Of a stretch of 64,000 nucleotides of DNA, positions 10,281 through 20,404 are shown piece after piece. A model generated the notes under the pieces. The model was not told the origin of the DNA. It saw nothing but the letters and a program-made list of their open reading frames with translations, and searched no databases. Position 1 is the stretch's first letter. Each line of letters begins with the position of its first letter. The stretch lies in assembly GCA_964202905.1 (NCBI GenBank), contig CAXNJO010000002.1, positions 672,001-736,000 on the forward strand. The letters run 5' to 3'. The DNA is from Polyangiales bacterium (GTDB lineage: Bacteria > Myxococcota_A > Polyangia > Polyangiales > JADJQN01). A program made the translations under genes and the position numbers.

Positions 10281-11425
10281 GCGTAGGACATTCGAACCCC
10301 TGATCTGCGCCCGCTCCATGCACGGAGGAACGCTACGCGGCTCAGTTGCCCCCCACCGGAGCCCGCGCCCGTTTGCCCGCCGGCGCCGATCTGCCCGCCT
10401 GAGCGACCGACCGCACCCGTCTTTCGCGAATGCGACCACCTTCAGCATTGCGTCGAGACGATCCGCCACGGACACCCCGTCGGCGAAGGCTGACCCATGC
10501 CGCTCGACGACAACTACGCCCGCTGCGGTATCGCCACCGCACGCGTCGAAACGCCTGTCGAATGCGCCAACCTCGGAAGCTGCATCTTGTCCGTCCGCGG
10601 CGGCCTCAAGCCCGGACTCGGTTGCCCACACGAAGGCTCCGCCCTCTACGAAGAGTGCGGCCGCTGGCAGCCGCCTCGACCTCGCGCCGCACGACGCGGG
10701 AGACGAGCGGCGTCGCGCCAGACGACTCCGCCTACGGACGCGCGCTAGAGCCTCAACCGTTCAAGCCCGTAGTCTTCGCGCCGCGGGCTTTCGGCATTCG
10801 TGCCGCGCCGGCACCTCGGGGAGCACGTCGTCGAACAGGTGCGCGGCCAGTGCGCGCGCAACACGCGATGCAGCACAGTGTCCTCCGGACGCCGCCGCGC
10901 ATAGCCGTCCGCACGAGGTGCGTGAGCAAGAGCAGAACAAGCAGCGGCAACGGCAGACACCGCCGCTCATCGGCGCATCATCTGGCGCAGTGCTCAGCGT
11001 GCTCGGCGGCGTCAGTCGCTCGCGGCGCGCGAGGGCGAGCTCGGACGGGTGCGCGCGGACGAAGAGCGCCTCACGCGCGAGCTCGCGGAAGCGCGCAGCG
11101 ACGCGGCGAGTGCGGCCGCGCAGATCGCCGCCGCCGACGCGCGCCGCGCCGACGCCGAGCGCGACGTGAGCGAGCTGCGCCGCGAGCTCGAGCGGCTGCG
11201 CAACGCCGAGCCTGCGCCCGCGCCCGCGGGGCCCTGAGCCGCGCGGCGCGCTCGCTCGCGCGTCAATAGCCCCGATACGCGGGCCCGGCTTCCTTGCGGA
11301 GCGACATCACCGACACGAGCGCGGAACGATCCTTCGCGAGGTAGTGACGCGGGATCATCTGTTGGTGCAGCACCTTCCCGAGTCGCGTGAGGGAGAAGGT
11401 GCCGAGCACGGGATTCGACGTGCCG
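10279..11425. repeat. 1147-bp direct repeat, copy 2 (probable donor: deleted IS91 element + coiled-coil fragment + 3' end of HemN-like gene)
   Basis: Matches 7610-8756. Confidence 0.95.
10745..10960 (-). pseudogene. IS91-family transposase N-terminal remnant (copy 2)
   Basis: Identical translation to 8076-8291. Confidence 0.7.
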
Positions 11426-12683
11426 AGCCCGAGCGATTCCCAACGTGCGAGCAGCGTTCGGTGCGCGGTCATCGTCTCGGCGCCGTACTTCTTCGCGCGT
11501 GAGCGCACGCGCGTCATCGGCGAATACAGCAGATCGAACGTGACGTCGCGCGTCGCGCGCTGGTGCGCGTCGAGCCGCGCGAAGCGAGAGATGGGCAGAT
11601 TCCCCGCCTCGACCGCGTCGCAATAGGCGTGGATATCACGGTGATTGAGGTAGGTCGCGCGGTCTCCGATCGAGAAGCTCGAGTGTCCGAAGCCGTGATA
11701 GAGCACCTCGCCGTACGCGGGATTCACGCGCGAGGTCGCGAGCTCCCACAGCTCGCGGCGCACGTGGCGCGGCGACCGATAGAAGCGCGCCCCGAGCTCG
11801 CTCCAGCCGAGCTCGTCGGCGAAGACCTCGCGGGCGAGGGCGTCGCTGTGCGCCGTCTCGAGAAAGGGCGGCACACGCCGCGCGTCGCGGAAGGTGCGTG
11901 AGCGCGGGTCGTCGTGAAAGGGATACAGAAACACGCTGTCAACCGCTCCCGTGCGCGCGAGCTCGCGCGCCGCGGCGAGCGAGGCGGCGAAGGACGCGGG
12001 CGTCTGCCCTTCGAGCCCGGTCATCAGATCGATGTTGATGAAGTCGAATCCCGCGCTGCGGGCACGCGCGATGGCCTCGAAGACCTCGCGCAGCGGCTCG
12101 CCGTGGTGGTGAAAGGCGTAGAGCTCCGGGTCGAGCGTCTGCACGCCGAGGCTGATGCGGCGGAAGCCCGCGGCGACGAGCGCGTCGAGCTTGTCGCGCT
12201 CGGCGGTGATGGGCTTGGCCTCCGCGGTGCTCATCGTGCGGGGCGGGCCAAGCGCAGGAGCAGCGCGCCGAGGAAGCGCTCGAGCAGCCGCCGCGGGAGC
12301 GCGGTCGGCGTGCCGCCACCGAGGAAATACAACGCCGGGCGAAGATGCGGCGCGATCGCACGGACGCGCGCCATCTCGGTGTCGAGCGCATCGACGTAGC
12401 GCGCCATCAGCGCCTCGTTGTCCTTCGTCGTCAATTCGTAGTGGAAGCAGTAGCGGCAGCGATAGCGGCAGAAGCCGAAGTGGAAGTAGAAACCTGCGTT
12501 GCGAAAGTCGCCGACCGCCTCGGCGAGAAAGGCGCCATCCGTCGGCGCACCGCTCGCCGTGCGCTCGAGCGTCACGGCGGGCGGGTATGTGAGCTGATAA
12601 TCGTGCATGTCCGGTGCAGGCACGAGCGCGGGATCGGCCGCGAAGACCGCGCGCAGATCCGATTCGAGCTTCATCCGATTCAT
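11263..12683 (-). CDS. HemN-like (class C-type) radical SAM enzyme (frameshift near 12245)
   Basis: YFHFGFCRYRCRYC, YFLGGGTPT, RISLGVQT and INIDLMTGL are HemN-family motifs, split between two ORFs. Start ATG at 12683 overlaps the upstream stop. Confidence 0.85.
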
Positions 12684-13459
12684 AGGAACCGCCTCGCTCT
12701 CGACATCGCGTCGAGCTCCGTCTGCATGGCCTCGCGCACGCGCGCGTCGACGTCTTCCACGCGGCCGTCGTGAGGATCGATCGGCGGCAGCACGCGCGTC
12801 ACGATCTTCGTCGGCAGCGGGAGATAGCCGGGGAGCGGGCCCACCCAGAAGCCCCACGGCACGCTCCACGTGAGCGGCAGCACCTTGATCCGGCGGGCGC
12901 TCGCCACCCCCAGCCGGCGCGCGAGGGCGCGCCCCTCTGCGAAGATGACGAGCGCCTCGTGTCCGCCGACGCTGACGACGGGTACGATCGGCACACCCGC
13001 CTCGCGCGCGAGTTCGACGTAGCCCGTGCGCCCCGCGAACTCGATGCGGCCGCGGCGCCAGAAGCTGCGGCACGCGTCGTGATCGCCGCCCGGATAGACG
13101 GTGACGGCACAGCCCGCGCGCAGCGCCGCGAGGCCGCGCGCGTGGCTTGCGCGCAGCGCCCCCATCTTCGCGACGAAGCGCGCGACGCGCGCGGGATACA
13201 CCGAAAACATCGCGTCGTGCGCGAGCGTGCACAGGGGCGTCGTGCGGCCCGCGGTGTGGTACGCGGCGACCCACACGAGCGTGTCGGGGATCATCGCGGC
13301 CCCCGAGTGGTTGCCGACGAAGAGCACGGGGCGATCGGGCACCGCCGCGAGACCGTGCACCTCCGCGCGAAACCAACATCGCAACCAGCGCGCGGTGCGC
13401 GGCGCGTGCCGCGCGACGTACGCGGGATCGTAGGCGCCGACCTCCCCGAACTCCGTCAT
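12680..13459 (-). CDS. Lysophospholipid/DAGAT-like acyltransferase
   Basis: VGNHSG....D, VYPGG, GYVELA..AGVPIVPV; start MTEF at 13459 has an ATGA overlap. Confidence 0.88.
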   Translation of the reverse strand: MTEFGEVGAYDPAYVARHAPRTARWLRCWFRAEVHGLAAVPDRPVLFVGNHSGAAMIPDTLVWVAAYHTAGRTTPLCTLAHDAMFSVYPARVARFVAKMGALRASHARGLAALRAGCAVTVYPGGDHDACRSFWRRGRIEFAGRTGYVELAREAGVPIVPVVSVGGHEALVIFAEGRALARRLGVASARRIKVLPLTWSVPWGFWVGPLPGYLPLPTKIVTRVLPPIDPHDGRVEDVDARVREAMQTELDAMSRARRFL

Positions 13460-13815
13460 CGGTAGAAGTCCAGCGGCGGCCAGTCGGGCAGCGTCGCGCA
13501 CCAGGCGGCGAAGCCGACGAGGGTGACGAAGCGCGGGTCGAGATCGAGCGGATCGGGATAGCGGAACTGCTCGGCGTCACCCGCGAGCTCGACGAGCCGC
13601 GCGTGGTAGCCGGGCCAGCTCGTGAGCGAGACGAGATAAGGCGCCCAGCGCGTCTCGCCGTCGACGACCCGGCGCGCCTCGTCGCGCAGCAGCGCCAGCC
13701 CGCCGGGGTGCGATTGCAGGAGTTGCAGGTCGTAACCGAGGAAGGCGTCCTCGTGATAGACGCTGAGCAGGTGCCGCACGATCTACGCGGGCCGCTCCTC
13801 GCGACCGCCGCTCAT
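13456..13815 (-). CDS. Small hypothetical protein (in-frame TAG at 13783-13785, or GTG start at 13779)
   Basis: Lies between two operon genes with ATGA overlaps at both ends; host-like codon usage. Confidence 0.6.
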
Positions 13816-14834
13816 CGCATCCCTCCCGCGTCATGGGCCAGGCCGCGCCGGACGACGCCCACGAGATCCGGCCCGAGCAGCGACGAGAACGGCACGCCGC
13901 ACGCCTCGACGAAGACCTGCACGACGCGCGGCGCGAAGCGCGTGAAGCTCGCGAACGCACGCGGCTCCCACGTACCCGGCAGCGTGGATTTGAGCGCATC
14001 CAGGCGGCGCAAGTAATCCACGTGCGAGAGGCGCCGTTCCATCCAGTCGAACCGCATCGCGAGCGCACGCGACGCGCCCTCCGGGTGCGCGAGCCGATGC
14101 AGCGGCGCGAAGCCCACCGCGAGCGACGTGCCCTCCGCAGCGAGCGTCGCGGAGAGCGTATGCACGACGCTCCACCACACGCCCCACTGTTTCGTCCTGC
14201 GAAAGCGCAGCACGTCCATTAGCCCCCCGCATACGACACCCTCTTTCCAGATGGCGTTGATGACCGCGAAGCCAAGGATCGATTCGCCCTGCGCGAGGAG
14301 GAACATGCGCCGCGTTCCGTCGTCGACACTCGACCAGGGTCGATTGAGAAACACGATCTCGCGACCGACATCCGTCCGATCGATGGACTCGCGCGAGATG
14401 GCATCGAGTTGCTCACGCAGGCCTGCATCGAGTCCCGCGAGCGACACTTCGCGCAGCGCGAAGTCGTGCCGCGTCGCGTGGCGGAGGGCGCCGCGCACCG
14501 CCTTCGGCGGCTCGCGGAGCAACGCATCCGCGTCGAGCACGCGATCCTGCCCCATCGCTGCGGTGTGCAACCCTTCCCGCGCGCACGCCTCGGCGAACGG
14601 CGCACGCAGATAGAAGAGCATTGGTTTCCGCGCGACGCGCAGGAAGCGCCGCAACATCTCCGCGCGATCTCCGGGCGCGCACCAGGGCCCGCCGAGCGTC
14701 GCGTGCACGTCGCCGACGCGCCGATACGCCCAGCAGCCGAACGACGTCTCGAAGTGCGCGAGCCCCGGCGCGAGCGTCGCGCAGGCGATCAGATCGCCGT
14801 CGCCGAAGCGCTCGACGAACGCGCGTGCGCCCAT
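13812..14834 (-). CDS. MprF/LPG-synthase C-terminal-like (DUF2156) aminoacyl-transferase domain protein
   Basis: TLGGPWCAP, MGQDRVLD, DVLRFR and GFAPL follow the DUF2156/MprF-C motif pattern; soluble, with no flippase domain. Confidence 0.65.
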   Translation of the reverse strand: MGARAFVERFGDGDLIACATLAPGLAHFETSFGCWAYRRVGDVHATLGGPWCAPGDRAEMLRRFLRVARKPMLFYLRAPFAEACAREGLHTAAMGQDRVLDADALLREPPKAVRGALRHATRHDFALREVSLAGLDAGLREQLDAISRESIDRTDVGREIVFLNRPWSSVDDGTRRMFLLAQGESILGFAVINAIWKEGVVCGGLMDVLRFRRTKQWGVWWSVVHTLSATLAAEGTSLAVGFAPLHRLAHPEGASRALAMRFDWMERRLSHVDYLRRLDALKSTLPGTWEPRAFASFTRFAPRVVQVFVEACGVPFSSLLGPDLVGVVRRGLAHDAGGMR

Positions 14835-15769
14835 CAATCCGGCTCCGCGAGCACCTTCCGCACGATGTCGTCCTTCGAGACGAAGACGGGATGGAGCTCG
14901 CCGAGGTCGTAGTGATCGCCGAGCTCGAAGAGGCCGCCGCACACATCGTTGAGCGTGCACGCACCGCAGACATCCGCCTTCGGGTGCGTGAAGTCGGTCT
15001 GCCGGATCGTCCCCTTGTCGTCGAGGAAGTGCACGATGCGCTCCTCGCCCTTCACGATCTTGCGCGTCTCCGTGGAGCAGTGCGCGAACTCGGTCATGTA
15101 ACAGAGCGGCACGCGCTCGACGCGGAAAGAGCGGCCCGTGCGGTGCAGGTGGCGCATCGCGCGCGCGAGCGAGAGCTCGAAGTCGGCGAGGCGGTGCGCG
15201 GTGTCGCGGTTCGTCTCGGCGCGGCCCATCGACGGGTCGAGATTGTTCCACACGAAGTGGCGCAGGAAGGGGAAGCGCGCCGTCCAGCGCTTCACGTTCT
15301 CGTCGAGGTGATCGGCGTTGAACTTGTTGATGACGGTGTTGATGTTCACCGTCGCGCCGACGCGGCCGAGGTTCTCGAGCGCGTCCATCGCGAGCGCGTG
15401 GCTGCCTTTGACGCCCGTGAGGAAGTCCTCGAGGTCGGGGCGGCACGAGTGGATGCTCACGTGGAAGTGGCGCAGCCCCGCGTCGAGGTACGACTCGGCG
15501 ACGCCCGGCTTCGCGAGTCGCGAGCCGTTCGTGATCATGCGGACGTGCAGCCCCTTGGCGCAGGCGTAGCGCGTGATCTCGGGGATCAGCTCCGAGAGCG
15601 AGGGCTCACCGCCGGTGAGGATGATCCCGAAATAGCCGCGCGCGACGAAGTCGTCGACCTGTCGCTGCGCCGTCTCGAGGTCGAGCATGTAGCCCGACGA
15701 GGGATTCGAGCAGAAGCGGCAGTACTGGTTGCAGTGCCGCACGATCTGCATGTAACCGAGGTTCGCCAT
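14834..15769 (-). CDS. Radical SAM protein, HxsC-like
   Basis: CNQYCRFC, TGGEP, ITNG, VPLC and C-terminal CGACTLNDVCGG. Confidence 0.9.
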   Translation of the reverse strand: MANLGYMQIVRHCNQYCRFCSNPSSGYMLDLETAQRQVDDFVARGYFGIILTGGEPSLSELIPEITRYACAKGLHVRMITNGSRLAKPGVAESYLDAGLRHFHVSIHSCRPDLEDFLTGVKGSHALAMDALENLGRVGATVNINTVINKFNADHLDENVKRWTARFPFLRHFVWNNLDPSMGRAETNRDTAHRLADFELSLARAMRHLHRTGRSFRVERVPLCYMTEFAHCSTETRKIVKGEERIVHFLDDKGTIRQTDFTHPKADVCGACTLNDVCGGLFELGDHYDLGELHPVFVSKDDIVRKVLAEPD

Positions 15770-15787
15770 GCTGCTCCGCGGACGGTA

Positions 15788-16930
15788 TCACCCGCGCTCG
15801 TCGTCGTCGCCGCGAACGTCGTCGCTCTGCGCGGGCGCGTCGCCCTCGAAGAGCGCCGGAAAGAGCGAGCGCAACGCCTCGCCGCTGAGCCGCTCACCGC
15901 GACCGACCTCGGCGACGGCCGGCACGCTGCGCCCGAGCATCGGCAACGCACGCCGCACCTTCGCGGGGGAAGGCTCGCTCGCCTCCGCACGGCGCGGCGC
16001 CCGCTCACCCGGCCCGACGAAGGCCGACGCGAGCGGATGCGCGCGCGTCTCCGCGGCCGGCGCGACGGCGGTGTCGCGCGGCGCGAGCTCGTCGCCGTCG
16101 AAGCGCGCGAGGTAGGCCACGTCGACGCCGGGGCACAGAGGCCGTAGCGCGCACGCGTCGCAAGCAGGCGCGAAGGCGCGCACGCCGTCGCCGAGCGCGT
16201 CGCCGGGGATCGCGTGGGCGCCATAGGGCCCGAGCAGGCACAGCGGCGCGCCTGCGACGAAGGCCGTCAGCCCGCGCGCGCGCGCCGCAGCGAGGGCGCG
16301 CACGGCGAAGGGCAGCGCGAGGCCGAGGCGCGGGTACACGCGATCGAAGCGCTCCTCCGCGCGCCCGGCGACGACGGGCACGGCGATGCACCAGGCCGCG
16401 ACGCCGCGGGCCACGACGAGCGCCGCGAGCGCGTCGAGCGCGCGGTAGTTCGAACGGGTGAGCACGGTCGCGACGACGACCTCGAGTCCGGCGGCGCGCG
16501 CCGCGGCGAGCGCGCGCAGCACGTCGTCGAAGCTGCCTGCGCGCCCCGTGTGGTAGTCGTGCACGGCCGCCTCGGCGCCCAGCAACGTCAGGTGCACGTC
16601 GGTGAGCCCTTGCTGCGCCAGCCGCTGCCAGCGCGATGCATCCATGAGATTCGACGCATTGCTCTGCACGCCGATCCGCGTGAAACCGAGCGTGCGCGCG
16701 GCGTCGACGCGCCCCTCGAGCGACGCGTCGAGCCCCGGCTCACCGCCGACGAAGCTCACCTCGTCGTGGGTCGCGCGGAGCGACGCGAGGGCCGCGCGCG
16801 CACCGTCCGCGTCGAGCGACTCGCGCGGCGCGAGTCCGTCCTGATCGCAGAACACGCACGCGTTCGTGCACGCCTGCGTGAGCGTGACGAGCCCGCGAGA
16901 CCGCGGCGCCGGAGGTGAGGAACTCGACAC
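15788..16930 (-). CDS. Radical SAM protein, HxsC-like
   Basis: CTNACVFC, VGGEP, APLC and CDACALRPLCPG; the GTG start is approximate. Confidence 0.85.
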   Translation of the reverse strand: MSSSSPPAPRSRGLVTLTQACTNACVFCDQDGLAPRESLDADGARAALASLRATHDEVSFVGGEPGLDASLEGRVDAARTLGFTRIGVQSNASNLMDASRWQRLAQQGLTDVHLTLLGAEAAVHDYHTGRAGSFDDVLRALAAARAAGLEVVVATVLTRSNYRALDALAALVVARGVAAWCIAVPVVAGRAEERFDRVYPRLGLALPFAVRALAAARARGLTAFVAGAPLCLLGPYGAHAIPGDALGDGVRAFAPACDACALRPLCPGVDVAYLARFDGDELAPRDTAVAPAAETRAHPLASAFVGPGERAPRRAEASEPSPAKVRRALPMLGRSVPAVAEVGRGERLSGEALRSLFPALFEGDAPAQSDDVRGDDDERG

Positions 16931-16997
16931 GCACCGCGACTCTACGGGGGCGCGACGCGCACGGTCAACGCGACGCGCTGCTACGCTGCGCCTCCGC

Positions 16998-17924
16998 GTG
17001 GCGCTGCTCGACGTCATCCTCGGCTACGACTGCAACCTCGCTTGCGACTACTGCACGATCACGCCCGCGATGCGCGCGCGGGCGCTGACGACGGAGCAGG
17101 TCGTGCGCGAGCTCCGCGCGGGGCGGGACGCGGGCTTCGACGCCGTCTCGCTGACGGGCGGAGAGCCGACCATCCGCCGCGATCTGCTCGGCCTCGTGCG
17201 GGCCGCGCGGCAGCTCGGCTATGCGTCGATCAAGGTGCAATCGAACGGCCTGCTCTTCGCGCACGCGCCCAACGTGCAGCGCCTCGTCGAGGCGGGCGCG
17301 ACGCTGCTGCACGTCTCCATCCACACGCACGAGGCCACGCGCTACGACGCGCTCGTGCGCCGCGAGGGCAGCCATCCGCAGATGGTCGCGGGGCTGCGAA
17401 ACGCCGTCGCGACGGGCGCCGAGGTCGTCGCCGACCTCATCCTGAAGGCCGACACCCACGCCGCGCTGCCCGACGCGCTGCGGTGGGTGCACGCGCAGGG
17501 CGTGCGCGCCGCGCACCTCTGGTTCGTCTCCCTCACGGACGGAAACCGCGACAACGTCGCGTCGCTGCCCCGCATGGGCGAGACGCTGCCGGCGGTGCAC
17601 GAGGCGCTCGCGTACGCGCGCGAGTCCGGCATGGACGTGCGCTCGCTGCACATCCCGCGTTGCCTCCTCGGCGCCGATCACGGACACGCGTGGGACCCGG
17701 GCAGCGTGCGCGTGCGCGTCGTGACGCCGGAGGCGACCTTCGACCTCGCCGACAGCAAGCTCGCGGGCAGCGTGCACGTCGCGGCGTGCGAGGGCTGCAC
17801 GTTCCGCGCGGTGTGCCCCGGGATCCGCCGCGACTACCTCGAACACGTGGGCGACGCCGAGTTCGCCGCTGCGCGCGGACAGCCGGCGACCCATGCCGGA
17901 CGCGTGCGTCTGCCCGTGGCGTGA
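16998..17924 (+). CDS. Radical SAM protein, HxsC-like
   Basis: CNLACDYC, TGGEPT, QSNG, IPRC and CEGCTFRAVCPG; GTG start at 16998. Confidence 0.88.
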   Translation: MALLDVILGYDCNLACDYCTITPAMRARALTTEQVVRELRAGRDAGFDAVSLTGGEPTIRRDLLGLVRAARQLGYASIKVQSNGLLFAHAPNVQRLVEAGATLLHVSIHTHEATRYDALVRREGSHPQMVAGLRNAVATGAEVVADLILKADTHAALPDALRWVHAQGVRAAHLWFVSLTDGNRDNVASLPRMGETLPAVHEALAYARESGMDVRSLHIPRCLLGADHGHAWDPGSVRVRVVTPEATFDLADSKLAGSVHVAACEGCTFRAVCPGIRRDYLEHVGDAEFAAARGQPATHAGRVRLPVA

Positions 17925-17942
17925 CGCGCGGCGCTGCGCTGC

Positions 17943-17987
17943 GATCGGCGACCGCGAGCGGTGACCGAGATCGGCGACCGCGAGCGG
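17943..17987. repeat. Short intergenic direct repeat GATCGGCGACCGCGAGCGG x2
   Basis: Copies at 17943-17961 and 17969-17987, between convergent genes. Confidence 0.7.
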
Positions 17988-18001
17988 CGATGAATGGCGG
18001 T

Positions 18002-20369
18002 TCAGCGCGCGAGCGGCAGGCGGAACGGCACGGGCCGCACGCGGTCTCCCTCGTCGACGAGCCAGGGCGGCTCGGGTACGTCCTCGAGCTCGTAGAAGCC
18101 CCCGCAGAAGACGCGGTGCGGGCACGGGCCGCATTCTTCTTTGTGCACGCGCCGCTCCGCGAGGTAACCCGCGAGGTTCACGTCCTCGTTGTTCACGAAG
18201 ATCATGTGGCGGGAGAGCTTCGCGATGTCCCCGGCGAGGTAGCGCTCGTAGCCGGGCATGAAGCAGAACGGGAGGTTGATGACCTGGAAGCGGATGCGGT
18301 CCTTCCACGCGTCGATCACGCGCATCGCGATCTCCGCGGCCTCGCGCGTGTCGGGGTTCACCCAGCGCGTCGCGCGGCCGAAGGGCGTGAGGAACTGGAG
18401 GTTCAACCACCGCAGCCCGAGGTCGAAACAGAGCTGCGCGAGCGCCTCGAGCTTGCGGTGGTTCCCCTTCGTGAGGGTCACGTTCATCCCGAGCTCGAGC
18501 GTGTCTGGCGCGTGGCGCAGGCAGTTGCGGATGCCCGCGATCGTCTGGTCGAAGGCCTCGGCGACGCCGACCTGCTGCGCGTGCGTCTGCGCGTCGGGGC
18601 CATGCACGCTGAAGAGCAGCGTGGTCACGCCGCTCGTCGCGAGCTTCCGCGCGAAGTCGTCGTACGCGCAGAGCCGGCCGTTGGTCGTGACGTTGACGCG
18701 CTCGTAGCCGATCGCGCGCGCGTAGCGGACGAGCGGCACCAGCTCGGGGTTGAGCGTCGGCTCGCCACCGTCGAAGTCGACCATGGCGCACGCCCGGCGC
18801 GGCGGTACTTCGCGAGGTGCTCGCGCTGGCGCGTCGGGTGACCGTCGACCTGCGTGCGCGTGCCGACCGCACAGAACGTGCAGTGGTTGTTGCACACGTA
18901 GGTGACGTTCATGATCACCTTCTGCGGGCCCTCGCGTGGCGCGCAGCCGCTGGTCGAACGTCCACCGGAAGCGGCGCGAGCGCCTCGGGCGTGACGGCTC
19001 ATGTCGGGCTGGCGCGGGCACGCGTCTGGAAGCGCCGGCCCCCAGTCGTCGCACGACGGGGAGCGCGCGGCCGTGCGCGAGCTGCCGTGCCCGGCAGCGG
19101 CGTCGCGAACTGCACCGCGGGGAACGCGCCGTAGCGCTCGTAGAGATCGATGCGCGACGCGCGAGCGTCGCGTTGATCTCCTCGGCGCTCTCGCCGGGCA
19201 GCCCGATGATCCAGTGGATCAGCAGCGGCGACGCCCGCGGCCTGTGCGCGTTCTGCGCGGCGGCGTACGATGGCACGCGAGGTCGAGCCGCTTCTTCACG
19301 ACCTCCGTCACGACGCGCTGCGACGCCGCTCTCGGCGCTCACGCTCACCGTCGTCGACGCGGCCCGCGCATGCGCCCGAAGTGGCGCGGGCTCGAGGTAG
19401 TCGGCGCGCATGCCGTTCGGCACGTCGAAGCGCACGTCGAGCGCGTCGACGGCGTCGAGCACGGCTTCGAAGTGGCGCTCGCTCACGTTGACGAGCTCGT
19501 CGAGGACCTCGAGGCGCGTCGCCCCGTGCTACGCGACCACGAGCTGCTCGAGGTACGCGCGCAGGCGCGCCTCCGGAGTAGCGGCGCTGCGTCTTCGGGG
19601 CGCCGCGGCAGCGCGCTCCGGGTTCGAGCGAGCAGTGGACGCACGTGAACGGACAGCCGCGCGAGGTGACGAGCGGCAGCGTGCGACCGTCGATCGGGAA
19701 GGCCCAGCGCGCGCGTCCGAGGTTCTGGACCGTGCGCGCGCAGAAGGCGCTCGTACGCGGCCGAGATCGACGAGATCCCACGCGGGGAACGGCAGCGTGT
19801 CGAGCGAGGGGCGACGCGCCGCGGTGCGCGCCACAACGGACGCTCGCCGCGCGCGACGAAGGCCTCGAGCGAGCGCGGGCACCGTCACCTCCGCCTCGTA
19901 CTTCACCCACGCGGAGGCCTCCGGATAGGCCGCAAACAGCGCCTCTGCGGCGGCACTCGACGTAGTGCTGCCCGGACTGGTAGCAGTCCGCGAGCAGGCG
20001 CGGCGCCTCCGGCCACGCGTCGCGCAGGGCGGCGAGCACGTCGCCGAGCACGTCGTCCCGCGCGGGCGGGCGGTGGAACGGCGTCAGCGCGACGACGACG
20101 AGCGCGGGTGCCTCCGCGCCGAGCGCGGCGCGACACGCGGCGATCGTGTCGACCACGGGCGCGCCGAGGTGAAAGCGGCCGTCGTCCCGCGGCGCGAGCG
20201 TCGAGGAGGGCAAGGCGAAGGCATCGACGAGCGCGACGGGATGCCCCGCCTCGCGGAGCACCGCCGCGAGCTGCACGGCGCCGAGGTCGGAAAAATAAGG
20301 GTAATCGATGAAGTCGCGCGCGATGCTGGTGGGCGGGTGCACCACGAGGACGCGAGCATGGGGCGACAT
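18002..20369 (-). CDS. Cobalamin-binding radical SAM domain fused to a second HxsC-like radical SAM domain (multiple frameshifts)
   Basis: N-terminal VLVVHPP...LGAVQLAAVLREAG (B12-binding-like), LPFPAWDL, TSRGCPFTCVHC, PNGMRAD, WIIGLPGE; then CNNHCTFC, DGGEPT, TTNG, LPFC, CGPCPHRVFCGG. Pieces are spread over several frames. Confidence 0.75.
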
Positions 20370-20404
20370 CACCGACAGTCTATCGGATTGCCCGCGCCGC
20401 GAAT

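Noticed and set aside
6967..10631. ORF-track fusions starting MWATESGLE (6967..7962 and 9753..10631)
   Set aside because: These are chance read-throughs from the repeated IS end into yceI and into the transposase fragment.
8645..11334. DGR template/variable repeat pair
   Set aside because: Substitutions are not adenine-specific on either strand, and there is no reverse transcriptase in the window.
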